From: Phoronis australis
Taxonomy: Eukaryota; Animalia; Phoronida
DNA length: 64,000 nt
Assembly: GCA_002633005.1 (NCBI GenBank)
Contig: NMRA01000364.1
Span: forward strand, 181,075 to 245,074
Reading direction: 5' to 3'
The translations under genes and the position numbers were made by a program. The notes beneath the pieces were generated by a model. That model was given only the letters and a program-made list of their open reading frames with translations. It made no database searches and had not been told where the DNA came from. Shown one piece after another: positions 1 through 12,666 of this stretch. Numbering within the stretch: the first letter of the stretch is position 1; each line of letters opens with the position of its first letter.

Positions 1-3000
1 ATTTCCATTGAGATAACGAGATGGCGCTTTAATGACTTCCTTGAACTTATGAAAGTTATTCACATCCCTTATTCGTCTTTATCCGATGCCGTATCTTCAG
101 GTATGTGTTCAGTTCTTTGAGATTGCAAAAACGTTAATTTGAAACAAGGCAGCAAGTCTGAATGTAGTGTTACAAAGCAGCTTTAGAACGATGTGGATAA
201 AAACTGTTGCACATGGGCGGCGCACAATAGGGGCTGGGGGGGCGGGACTATAGACCCACTTTTTTCAGTGCTGCGCCGCCCATGTGTTGAATCAAAATCT
301 GACATAAAATTAATGTCATTATTGTGGAGGAGCCTCTACCCCGGCTAGCTCCGATTTGCCACAACATAAACTTCAACTCACCCTGAGAGGAGTCCACTTC
401 CAACTTCGGGCTAGATTCCGTTCTTCGCAGGCCCAGTGACTCTGCTATCTTGATCACGGGTCACCAGATGAGATTTTGGTGTCTAATGCCACGGTCCGAT
501 CTCAGTGATTATAATGACAATCCCAACTATATAATATCGAAACCTTACACTGATCTGAGAAGCTAAGCTAATGATAACGAACATGACAGTTTTCCGATGC
601 GCACTTCGCAAAAACACGTCTGCGGTGCTCTCTCTTGCTGACAGTCCAGGTAGAGAAGGCCGAGCACACATGACCATACTCAGCCACGCACGGACAACCT
701 CGGCGGTTTCCGCCGTTTGACAACATCATTAAAATTAATCTAAATTGGTCACCGGTGCTAAACGTTACCGTTTTAACGTTACTCTACCACTTATTTCCAG
801 AGTAATAATACACGATTTCACGGTTTCTTCCACCGACTGAAATGTGAATATTTAATTTGATTCAGTAAACGAGTTCACGAGCTTTTCCGCAATAAGTGGA
901 CAGAAGAGTGAACCTATTTTTCAAAAGATATTGACTAGATAGTCAAAATGTTGCTGTTTTGTCATTTCCAACTTATTCAGAATTGTCATACAGCTAGAAC
1001 TACGTACGCTTAACTTTGGTGTGCATAAATCGCGATGATGTCAGTAACATTCTGGGTAATTTAAGGTTATATCAAACCTTATTTAGTGGCCTCTATTCTA
1101 ACTCGTGTATCAAAAAATCTAAGCTTCGTCAACTAGTAAAGCATCTATTTTCTGGAACAAAAAAGATCAGGAAATATGAAAATATGTTTTATATTTATCC
1201 ACTATTATTATTATTACATTAACACCTTTTTAACTAAGTCAAAATATCATTTTAAGAAAGGTACATTCATAGCAAAGTAACCCCTCAGTCGATTTTAATG
1301 AAACCCTTTTTAAATGAAAACTTCACCAGTTACCTCAATAACGCTGCTAAGAATTTTCGATTACTCTTCGTTTGGTTACAATGACAAATAAACTCGCAAA
1401 ACGTAAGGTATTTTTGTAAAAAACAACAGTCGTATTTGTTTTTGTTACATTATGCAAAAACTAGGCCTTTATATTGAAAAGCCTAACAGCGTATTTGAGA
1501 TTGATGAATCACTATTAAGTTTGAAAAGTTTCAGCGATATCCACAGAGCCATTTTCGAGAACTTGCGTTCCAATTAAGTCGATTTGCCGAAACCAAGAAA
1601 AAGCCGATTAAGTAGTTGGAAGTTAAAGTCTCAAGGTCTTTGCTAAATTATTCGGTGAAAACTTGTTTTCGGTCAATACATCCTATGTACTTCTCAGTTG
1701 CGTTCATTATTTCAACATTCACGCGCAAAGTTATCTGAATTTTCAGTGCGTAATTAACTTAATTATCACAAAAACGTTTAGTCGAGTTCCAATGCATCGA
1801 ATCCAACGGAGTCACGGGCGGAGTCAACATATAAAGTGGGTCAAGCTGGCGCATTACGGATCACTTTAAAGTAAGTCAACAGTTCATTGTTAGACTTACC
1901 ACGTGCTGGGAGAATTGTATGAAACCCAAGTACGAATCGAGTCGGTGGTTAAAGCACGTCGTGAGCGTGAGATCGAAACAGCGAAATGTCAAATTACCCG
2001 AATTAAGGAATTTGGGTGAGGATTTATATTATTATTATAACTTGCTGTGTTCGTGAACACAAACTCACAGAGGCGTGAGGCGACTTGTAGCATTCGTTCT
2101 CAACGGTCGTATGCATGCAGACACACAACTCCCTCAGGATCAAAACTACGTTTTGTCTTCGTTTTCCCCGGCATCTTTCTATCATATGTACACGTCGTTG
2201 ACTCAATATTATGGCGATTCGGTGAATGAAAAGACTGAGGGTACATAAGGAGCTGCTCTGTGCTTGGTGGGAAATTCGATTTTAGGGACAGCCCCGTAAC
2301 CTTTGACCTCGGATAAATAGTAAACACATTTCCACACGGTTGTGCAGTTCCAAGGTGGTTCTGCTAAATATTTTTTCTCAATGCAAGGTATATATTTCAT
2401 ATTTGAAGTTCCTCGGGAATAAAGATAAGATATTTTACTAGACATATGAGAAATATTGTAAACATGTCCAATTTTTGTGAATAAGGTTTGAGATATCCTT
2501 AAGGCCTGTCACGTGTTATCGAAGTCCTTCTCAGGGTCAGTATTCCTGTGATCAGGCGTCCCCTCATCATTCACATGCTGATAGGATAAATTTATCATCA
2601 TTAGCGTTGTTTTGTCATCTTCTCGTTACTTTAGGAGAAATTTGTATTTGACTGTGCGTCATGTAAACATCGTATTCAACCACGGCAGTGTCCACACGCA
2701 CTACGCTTGCCCTCTTGGAGACCGTGACCTCGTGTAGAGATGAGATTTTGCTGGTTTGGGGGCTTGAAAATCCAGGTGTAGGCAGCGTCAGTTACACAGG
2801 ACGTATAAAACCTGGGAACGTGAATAGCATATACTGAGCCAAGGTCTCCAGTTGCGACCAATTTGAATACAGGGGCCATTTTCCGCAAATATCTCCTGAA
2901 ATAAGCGGCGTCATGGACGAACTAAACAAAGATGCAGCTTGAAAGGGGCCTGTTGCAATTCACATGTTTGAGACGTTATCGAAAGATTGGTTCAGAGGTT

Positions 3001-3431
3001 GTCTAAAAAGGCATTGCACTATTTTATCAGAATCATTCACGTCTGCCTGGTCAGTTCACAAAATTGGGACACATGCTCAATTTTGTGTGAATCAAGAAGC
3101 AATATTTGATAAAATTAATCGATTTGTTTCAGTGGACAAAGCCCTTAAAATCTGTCCAATCGCGGACCACTTCAAGATGGTTGACGTCGTGGCGCAGTGT
3201 GAGAAGGTTCTCGTCGCTGGTCCCGTCAAGTGGACCATGATTGGTCTCGCGGATCAAGTCACTGAGCTGACATCCCTCCGCGAGCGCTGTGTCAATTGGC
3301 TTGGTTCAATGTCCCTCAAAGAACTCGAGAACAACGCCGAGTACAAAGCATTATCAAAAGAATTCCAGGACCAAATACTTTATAGACGCGTAGCATACTT
3401 AGAAAAATTATTGGGTCCGAGACTTATATAA
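1..3431 (+). CDS. BTB/POZ-domain protein, paralogue 1 (5' part lies outside the window); exons <1-100 and 3133-3431
   Basis: 1-100 reads ISIEITRWRFNDFLELMKVIHIPYSSLSDAVSS, then a phase-1 donor (CAG|GTATGT at 101). The acceptor TTTCAG ends at 3132 and the frame continues VDKALKICPIADHFKMVDVVAQCEKVL...RRVAYLEKLLGPRLI*. AATAAA at 3585. Same intron position and phase as the 9391 paralogue. Confidence 0.85.
212..283. mobile_element. 72-bp GC-rich MITE, CATGGGCGGCGCA family, copy 1
   Basis: Perfect 13-bp terminal inverted repeat CATGGGCGGCGCA...TGCGCCGCCCATG around a G-rich core; related copies at 4043 and 9873. Confidence 0.75.
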
Positions 3432-4042
3432 ATACCAACACGCTCGGCTAGCAATTAAAGTGTGATATCTGGTATTGTTTTTAAAACATCCAATCAATTT
3501 CACATTTAACACAAACTTTGCTCGAGGAAAAAACAAATTGTCTCCTTAAATGGGCACTTCTTGTCAACTTCCAACTTAGACGCGAATAAATATGAGTATA
3601 AAAGATGTGTTCTGACTAAAAACCGAACTTTTAATTTTAAAAAATCACCGCGGTGAAGTTGGTCTCACCTAGGTCTTTACTCATGTCATTTATTTGTGTG
3701 CAAAGAACTGCAGTTCATAATTCCTGAAAATATGCTCGGCGCATAAAATGACACGCCGTGACAAGTCAATTTGTAGAGCCTCGTCTTTAACTGTCAGTTC
3801 TCTAGAAGCCCTGGATACGCACTAAGGATAATTTTAAACCAATTTCAAAACGGCAAGTGGTCGAACAGAAGTTGTTTTTTGTGATGGACGGAAGGTTTGT
3901 GGCCCCTTTATATTGTAATAACATCTCGAACTGTCCTTTTGTCGTGATATCAATTGAACTATATCGCCAGAGAGATTGTCTACTCTTGATTAGGTCAAGC
4001 AGACAAGTTTTGAAAGAGGGGACAAACATTATTGACATTATC

Positions 4043-4193
4043 CATGGGCGACGCACCGTAGGGGGTTGGGGAGCTATGGCCCCCACTTTTTCAGAGCTGG
4101 GTTGTGTACCACAGGGGGCTGGGGGGNGGGGGGGGGGGGGGGGGGGGGGGGGGGGCTATAGCCCACACTTTTTCCAGTGCTACGCCGCCCATG
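4043..4193. mobile_element. CATGGGCGGCG-family MITE, copy 2 (internally duplicated, long poly-G)
   Basis: CATGGGCGACGCA...CTACGCCGCCCATG termini; the core GGGGCTATRGCCC.CACTTTTT occurs twice. Confidence 0.7.
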
Positions 4194-5628
4194 ATATCGA
4201 AAAGCGACTTTTCGACACTCGTTTTACTTGCCAGCCCGTCTAGCGTAGGAATTAATTGATTTCATACGTCACACTATGTAATGGTTTCAGACGCATTCTG
4301 CGCCGCTAACATATTTTATAATTTGATGTTAGACAATAAGGAAGAAGTTGATAACTTGTGTTCTAAGTCCATGTTATACAGAATTGCGACTGTTTTGAGT
4401 GCAAGTTTCGTTTATCTCCGTGAATGGGCGATTACACCGGTTTACACGCGGGAGCGAGTTCCTTTGCTAAAACAGGGACACAATCAGAGACGAGAGAGCC
4501 CAAAATTAAAGAAAATTACAGAAAATTATCTCCGACAACACTTATCTTACGTCGTTATATTTGTATTCATTTCCGCAATAATCCGCCATGCCAATGACCA
4601 TCCCCTTCCCTGGCTGAATTACATCACATTAAGATACCGCCTTTGCTCGATGTTAACAACACAGTACTGTTATAGTCACGGTGTTTTCCAGAGCATGCGC
4701 GCACCCAGCCTAAAGATGGGGGCTCGAATTTTTGAGCACGTCGACCTTTTACACCACAGCTATGAATTGTGCATTCGCCGAATTTTGGTAGTTCCTGCCT
4801 TTTTAGTGGATTTTTGTCTCGTTTTCTACTTTTTCAGACTTTTTTGTTTCTGCGAGGCCGACCTTTTTGCCAACTTCGTTCGAGTCCCCCGAGTCCCCCC
4901 CCTCCCGCCTCCCTGGGCCTGCGCATGCAAAGGGCACGTTAATACGATATTGTGATTTCAACAATTTGAAAAAGATACGCCAGGACGAAAAAGTTAACGT
5001 CTCCAAAAAATTTCGCCTATTAGTGCGTTAAAAATTTGCGTTTTGATTGTCGAATTCAAAGGATACGCGGGGCCTCGTTGGCAGGAGCTGCATCCAATTA
5101 AAAGCTGTGTTTTCAATAGAAAAGTTTCATGAAAAAGGATCCACAAATAAGTTATCTGGTACAAAGGTATTAATGTAAAGTCCACTTGACCTGCAACCAA
5201 TAGATGTCGCAGGTGCAATAGTTGGAATACGTCAGACGTCACATCTGCGCTTACCGTCAGTCAGTCACAATATACGACCAAGTGCTAAAAAACAACTAAT
5301 GGAAAAGTACCCCCGTGGCCTGAAGTTTAATCTTTGAACATGAAACTCAACTCACGCTTTGACTTAACTTAAAAAATTGTAGACGATCCACTGCAGCGTG
5401 AATGGCACGCGATCATTCAATGAAACTAAATTTGGACGTCACAGCTAACGTCAACTCTTGGGTTGCCCTATTGTTTAGCGCAGGCCTGGAGAAAGGCAAA
5501 CATTATTGGAGACAGAAACTGCTTAACTTCATCAAATTTTTGCCCCCCAGGTTTGTAATCTAAAATATTTTTTGCACAAGAACCACCGAATAAAATTTTA
5601 TGGCCTAATGCATCGCAGTTGCATAAAA

Positions 5629-6709
5629 GGGTACGTACACTACAACTTGTGGTCACAACCCACTTCTATCATGCAAAAATTCATAACATAGCTGTTAATT
5701 TAGTAAGTTCTTGATCAAATTGAAGAAGTATCGCATACTAAAGTAAGAAAATGCATTACCGTGCTAATCAAGTTGTTCTAAATGATGATGCATTGCATAT
5801 CTTAACACAGTATAATGAGAACTTCTTCTCTTGCAATATGATTCTCACAAAAAATGACAGGTAACTACCTTTTTCAAAAACTTTATTGGTGCTATTTGCC
5901 TAGTTTTTAACACATTCACCAGTTGATCTTAAATAGTTGAAGCAATGTTAAGCCCAGTGTTCAACTTGTAAACAGTAAAAAATGGTACTGGTTGGGAGGT
6001 ACGTACACTACGCACAGTCAATCAACGTCAAATTTTGACTAAGTTACAAATGTATGGGATGATCTTGAGTTTTGTGCTGCCTCTACTAGTTGTTTTGTTG
6101 CAAGTTGTCTTGAGAGACAGAGAACCTGCCTCTGCAACATCAGTTGTCACATGACATGTCTTCTAGGATGTTACTAGCCAAGACCTGTGTGGCATTTTAT
6201 TTCCCACAAATTTAATAATGTCCATTGCTTTTTTTATTTTGTCAGACTGGATGCATTTTGGAAATATCAGTATTGTTCATGAGAACAGCAGTATGTAAAA
6301 ATGCTTGAGGGCAATACTTTATAGCGCAGAGGTTGAAGGTGCGTACACTACACAGGGGTACCCACACTACATTTCAGTGACAAGTCAGGTTTATAAAAAA
6401 TACTTAGAATCTACTTACCAAATCTATTCAAAGAGAAAAAACAAAAAGTACAGCATAAATGTGTATATCGTCTGTCATTGTTTGAAAAAACAGGCACATG
6501 TTAAAATATAGGGGTTCGTACACTACACAAATGCTAATATTTCACTCAAAACAAATGGATTTTTTATTTGTAATTAACACCCTTTTAACCTAGCATTTTT
6601 AATGGAGGAAACTGTGTGTGACAAATGTTGCATACTTACCGTGTAATATTTTTGTTTCATGGTATTTGTTCACATCGGGGTACGTACACTACACAAATGA
6701 ATATGGACC
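5629..6709. repeat. Dispersed direct-repeat motif GGGGTACGTACACTACAC (6 copies), probable subterminal region of a DNA transposon
   Basis: Copies at about 5629, 5998, 6338, 6355, 6511 and 6677, all in the same orientation; the last two share an extended ...ACACTACACAAATG. Confidence 0.6.
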
Positions 6710-8493
6710 TTGATTGTGATTTAGCCGATGAGGTTTCGCCCATGTCATAAACCTGAGACGAGAACCGTAAAAACAATCTTTTTGCCGAAAAACTCAACGT
6801 GTCTCAAACTTTCAACCATAATGACGCATCTTTGTAAAAACACGCTTGTGCAAAGTAAAGTAAACTCAGATGCTTTTTGTAAATAGTTTTATTTTAAACT
6901 GAACAGTTGTAAATTGCAGCCAGCTTTCGTAACAAATAAGTTAGAGCCTAAAAATAGTCTTTGAAGTTGTAATATTAAACCTCTAAAAATGTTCATAAAT
7001 AACAATCAGCAAGGCTTCCCCGCGCATGAGCACTGAATTGACCTTGAGACAGCACAGCTACATCGTCTCACCGAGTTTCTTGTGTTGGGGTTCGTCTCCG
7101 TTTGAATGAGCTTGGATATGAAATTCGCCGCCTGAGGTGGGTCCGTTTAAAAAGTTGTTTTCATGTCCTTCCGTCTAGGAGTTCGCACAGTTACGACACC
7201 CGATTTGTCAATCACAATCTTGTCACCTTCACGGAATTCCGGCATTATTTGGTTGGTGCACGCTTAGTGTTTTGCAGACTATAAATGTAAGGCGTATGGA
7301 TTTCAACTTTGCACTACTTTGTGGTTTGCCCATGTAATATCAAAAAATTTCGTACTCGGTGATATTAACCAGTAGTGCCATAACACATTCCAGGTCATGT
7401 GAGAAACTTGAGCATGTTGTTTTATAGCTCCTAATACAGACTAAATTAACAACTTCAAGAAGCCAACACCATCCAAAAATAATACCGTAAAAGCGACAAT
7501 GTCCCTTATAGTTTAGTCCCAGTTACCTTGTAAGTTAGCGAAAAACCAAATTCGATGTGTCACAAACAATAAATTATATGGCTCTACTAAAAAGGACTAT
7601 CAGGGATGCTCACATAAACAGTTTTAATCTATTCGCAAAACGGAAAATGATAATAGCTCGCAAATCGAAATTTAACCGACTACGTGTCTGCTACGTATTC
7701 TGTGCGTGACGTGTCACGCGCAAAAGAATCAAACTTATAAATCTCGTACAAGAAAAATAGGAAAAAGTTTATTGGAACATTGAAATCTGGTAAGCCGGCT
7801 TTCACAGTCGCATATTGCCGCGCTTGTTGCGAATCAGACGTGTAAGTTACGTTACGGCCGGGGACTGAGGAACACTTCGCAACCGACAACCCTTTCTGAC
7901 CAATCACTGCGTAACAACAGCGCTTAAAACCTTATAATTGGGAGGTGGGTCGTTTGTATAGGGTTGGGTCCGTGTTCGTTTACGTAAAAGGGTTCATGAA
8001 TCGATAAATTTAGGACCCAAATTTACCACCTTGATGCCTTGGCTTTTGCTACAAGCGAATGTTTTTCTTTCAAGTTGTAAGACAGATTTGTGGGATTCAT
8101 ACTAAAAACTTAAAAGGTATACAAGTGTCGTTGAAATGTATAGGTAGGCCTACCGAAATGATCCTTGCCTAATGTTTTCCACCAATTCAGAACCCTCTGG
8201 ATTCCAAAGAAATTTCCTAGTGAGCTAAACCCACTCGCTTTACTCACGTAACATTCAACCTTCAGCCAGTAAACTTGAACGACAGGAAAGCACTAGTTAC
8301 TAATGCCTAAATTTGCCCAGTCTTGGGGCACAACCAGTTCGCCCACAGAAATCATCGACCATTTGACGTGCAATCCTGTTTTATATTAAAGGTTGATATA
8401 CTGACTACAAGAAAGGTAGCTTTTAAGGTAACACGGCATATTTTAAAAAAATGTGTCTCGTAAAAGAATGGGCTGGACATTATCTCTTCGTCG

Positions 8494-8551
8494 CACACAC
8501 ACACACACAATCACACACACACGCACACACACACGCACGCACACACACACA
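8494..8551. repeat. (CA)n microsatellite, imperfect
   Basis: Seen directly. Confidence 0.95.
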
Positions 8552-9390
8552 TATCGACGTAGGTTGAAGTAGGAATAATTTTACCAAAATACACACACCG
8601 ATACTTTTGCATATGCACGCGCCTTCAGTTCAGTTTGTAGTATCTTCGTCTGTCCATCAAAACATATATATTTACCCGTTCGGCAAAACACAACTATCCT
8701 GTCCCAGTTATCGCTTGAATGGTCAATTTCGGAAAAAGATTTCTTGGGGTCCTAAAGCTATAAAAGCCTGGTCCGTTCTTGAAAATTTGAATTGTCTCCG
8801 CTCGTCACAATTTTTTACTCCTGCATGTCAAGCTACGGCCAACAAAACTTTCTAGAGGTCCCTGCGACTATGAAGCGTGCCCCTATTTTCGACAGTTCCC
8901 TAAGCCGTAGCTTAGATAGCTTATAGTGAGTAATCGGGATTTTTGGAGCGCACATGCGCTTTGCTTGCCACAACGGGCGAGTTGTAGTTCGACACCGCAC
9001 TCTACTGTTCCGCTTTGCCCAGAATAAGTCTTTCGCCACTGAGGTATTGTGGCTATCCCATTAAAGCCGTGTCTACGGTACCTTGATTTTTTATATGCAA
9101 CGTCCCATACGACTTTTGGGGCATTGTCTACACACTCCGGTTTTCGTGGACGAGTTCGTATGCGACTTTAGCTCGAAAAATCGTGTTGCCGGGAACACCT
9201 GGGTACAGTTCAGTTCGGTCTTGCGGTGAGAAAAATTTAGCCAAAATCACGTGCTCTCATTGAAAATGCACGGCAATATATCGTGGAATTACGCGATATC
9301 TTAATTTTCTGACGAGGTATGATTAATGGTAATTCATTTTTCTTAAAGTCAAGCTGCCCAATTCAACATTTCTATCAGCAAAAAACTGAC

Positions 9391-10297
9391 ATGAAAGCCA
9401 CGTGCATTCGCCGTGAACAATGCGCTTTAGTGTTCGACGATCTAACCAAACCCTGGCACAGCGGTGGGATTGTGTTCACATTCGCTGAGTCGGCGTACTC
9501 ACCTACGAAGAAAAAGAGTATTTACGCCAGCAGAGACGTGCTCAAAATGTGGTCGCCAGTGTTTCAGGACATGCTGAACAGTAGCGATTACAACGACTGC
9601 GCGTCTGTGACGATTGAAATCGAAAAATGGCGCTATGGTGACTTCTTGCTCTTGATGCAGATCATTCACAACGCCAAGAACCTCTCTGACATGTTGTCTA
9701 CTGGTAGGCCTTACTTTTGACGTACTTGTGACTTCTGCCTGAAGGTGAAACGAGCAGGCCCTGTGAGGAAATTCCATCTCGTACCACATCACAAAAATAT
9801 AAAACTGATCCTCAAAGACCATCTAATCTTTCGCTTAAAACGTTAACTGCATAAAAGCTATTTCTTTCTTATCATGGGCGGCGTAGCACTGAAAAAAGTG
9901 GGGGGGGGGGCTAAAGCCCCCCAGCCCCCTAGTGGTGCGCCGCTCATGCTTGTGCGTAATCAGACTGTTAATGTTCTGTTCCTTTCCAGTTGACACAGCG
10001 ATAAAGGTGTGTCCAATAGCTCATCATTTCGAAATGATTGACGTAATCACTCAGTGCGAGAAGGTCCTTGTAGCGGTGCCGACCACGTGGAGTATGCTGA
10101 GGTTAGCCAACGAGTGTACGAGGTTAAAAGGACTTCGGGAGAGGTGTATCTCGTGGCTGGCCAGGATGTCGTTGAGAGAACTCGAGAGTAACGTCGAATT
10201 CAAGGGTCTCTCGCGAGATTTTCAAAGCGATATCATACGGCGAAGAGTTGTGTATTTAGAGAATGAGCTACCCACGTTGCGTGTGCCAAGATTTTGA
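9391..10297 (+). CDS. BTB/POZ-domain protein, paralogue 2 (about 206 aa); exons 9391-9703 and 9990-10297
   Basis: BTB hallmarks: LTKPWHSGGIVF, IYASRDVLKMWSPVFQDML, DFLLLMQIIH, IAHHFEMIDVITQCEKVL, followed by BACK-like helices (LRERCISWL). Phase-1 intron G|GTAGG...TTCCAG|TT. Exon 2 is about 60% identical (56/94 by hand) to 3133-3431. Confidence 0.88.
9873..9948. mobile_element. CATGGGCGGCG-family MITE, copy 3 (reverse orientation), inside the BTB paralogue 2 intron
   Basis: CATGGGCGGCGTAGCACTGAAAAAAGTGGG...GTGCGCCGCTCATG is the approximate reverse complement of copy 1. Confidence 0.75.
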
Positions 10298-10635
10298 GTA
10301 GCTGAACTGCTTGTGATGCGATTGTGCTATTGGAAAAGTTGTTTTAACTGAGAATTGTGTAATACCATTGTGTAGAAACCCAAGATGATTACAGTTTTTA
10401 TTCTCTGGTGAAGCCTAAACGTTTTGTCCTACCCTGAACCATTTTTGCGGCAATGAGCAAATCAAAATCCGATATAGTCCCCTATATTTAATTTCTATGT
10501 CTGGAAAATCCTGTGTCCACCGATACCCGAACTCGAACTTGCGTCGATACCTATTAGCATAATCCTATCTCAGTAACATATGGAGTTATCGAGTCCCTCC
10601 TCACTGCGCATGTCGTTGTGGATACAGTCGCAAAC

Positions 10636-12666
10636 ATGTCGGGGTTGTTTGCAGTCGTTGTTGTGTTACTGTTGTGGCAACCGTCGGAAGCTGTGACAAA
10701 CAATAACAACAATAATAACAACAACAACAACAACAATAATGTTAATGTTAACAACGCGTATCAACTTGAAATAGCGAATATGAAACTGCGAATTAAGTCT
10801 CTTGAAAATGATGCTACGCTACGACGGACTGAACAGATGGTAGGTGGGATGTTTCTTCTCAGGTCTATTAATAGGACACGTTTTTGTTATGCCAGTATAT
10901 ATCCAATAGTTAAGTACGGAATGTATTTCGAAGTATTTTAAAAAGCAACTCACTCCAAATGTAGATTCCAATTCTCCAACTGATTAATATAAGCATTAAA
11001 AAAGACTGTTCAAAATTAGGTTTGAGGACGGGCAACTTTTTACAATAATTTTTATGTTTTTGGTTAGCATCCTTCTTTGATTGCCGAGCATTTAAGAATA
11101 TTTACGTAGTTAGCAATCAGTTTTTCATTGAAAACATATTCGGAGACTTGTGATTGTTGAAAACACAGGAATGTAGTTACTTTAAAAACTTCCGCCACTA
11201 GATTCCAAGCTTCCAATGGGCGTTATAAAAGCAGACATTAGCCGCCCTCCGTCAAAAAACTAACTTTGGCTTTCGACCACTTGCGTGTCACGTAGATTAG
11301 AGACGATTCCCCAGCTTGGTAAGAACTAAAAAACAGCTCGTTATCGTTTGAAATAAGTCTCTCTAAGGTAGCTTGTCACGGTGAGTCATTTTATGCGAAA
11401 GAACGCGGTACCAAGCCCTGGCAAGCTATCATTTCTTTCATAGCCCAAAAATCATACCTCATTTGAGTAACGACCAGTTTGATACAGCAATATAAACTTG
11501 CCTGCCTGAAAAAAAGTTAGTTTTTCTTGTGATTTATTGCCGCTTGAAAATAAGTTGTAACGTTTTTGTGAAAAACGTTATGTTCAAAAAGTCGTTCCAT
11601 CTTCAGGTACTACAGCAGCAGATTAGAATGCAATCCACCACCATTACAGGCTTGAATCGCGAGTTGGCTGTGTTGTCTCACCAGATGGCAGGAGTGCTCT
11701 CATCTCTGTCCACCATTGAGAAATCACTGAAAAGCGGAGGTATGGTCATCACATTCTACGGTTTCAAGTGTGCAAGTGTATGTGCTCCATCACCACATGC
11801 ATAGTTTTCTAACAAAAGGCAAACGCAGCCTGTGATCGCAGAGGGAACCATGTACGAAGTACATCGGTCTGTCTACCCATTTCGAACTAAAGGGCCTGTA
11901 TGCTACTTCAAGTTTCCAGAAAGAACACACGGTCTTCTCAGGATGTGTCCTCAGATGGCAATTCTTGTTGATGTTTAGATTCCAACGAATTGTGCATTTT
12001 GCAATGATAAACCTACCCCTAGAACTAAAGAATTTTCCAAAATAACAAAGTTTTACATGTTTGTGGTACCTATTTAGCTATGGAATTGACTGATCTGACC
12101 GCATGAATTATAAAAAATAATTTGATATTCAAAGTTGCTCCAAACCCGCCTTTTACAAACTGACTTCATAAAACTGGTCCCACGATGTTCCTTAGGAATT
12201 ATTCGTGGAGTTGAGAAAAGTTAAGTGGCAGTTCTAACTTCAGACGAAGGTAGAGTTCACTAGCTTCAGGACCTCTCTAGAACCTCGCTAGAAAAACAAG
12301 ACTACGCGAGATTACCTGAGATAATAACTTATATTCTGAATGAGAGCACAATGATTTTGGATGGATTATTCTCGCCGAGAGACAGCTGTTGAACTCTACC
12401 CAAGCTCAAAAATAGACTTGACCCGACTGGTCCTTTTAAGCGCCGATAAGCTCTTCCGTGTCTCGAAAATCACTTCTAATCTGAGCAAGGGACATTTGTA
12501 TAACGTTGAGTGTCTTAAATCGTCTATTCCATTTTGTGACAAATTGGATTTGCAGCACCATTAATTCAACCAGTTTGCTTAAAGCCATTCTTCTTGTCGA
12601 TTTCCAGTTCTGAAAAGACGCTCTATCAACGAGGAGGACGGGAAACAGCGGGATCTCCTTGAATGA
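10636..12666 (+). CDS. Secreted coiled-coil protein with poly-Asn tract (about 131 aa); exons 10636-10839, 11607-11739, 12608-12666
   Basis: Signal-peptide-like MSGLFAVVVVLLLWQPSEA, then N14, then heptad-like YQLEIANMKLRIKSLE and VLQQQIRMQSTTITGLNRELAVLSHQM. Canonical splice sites with phases 0 and 1. The last exon VLKRRSINEEDGKQRDLLE* is followed by AATAAA at about 12749 and is the least certain exon. Confidence 0.72.

Noticed and set aside
900-1870. Possible non-autonomous DNA transposon ending ...GGATCACT-TTAA in the BTB intron
   Set aside because: The texture is transposon-like but no matching opposite terminus was found.
4281-4955. 224-aa ORF
   Set aside because: No recognisable motifs, composition typical of non-coding DNA, and it runs into GC-rich repeat-like sequence; treated as a chance ORF.
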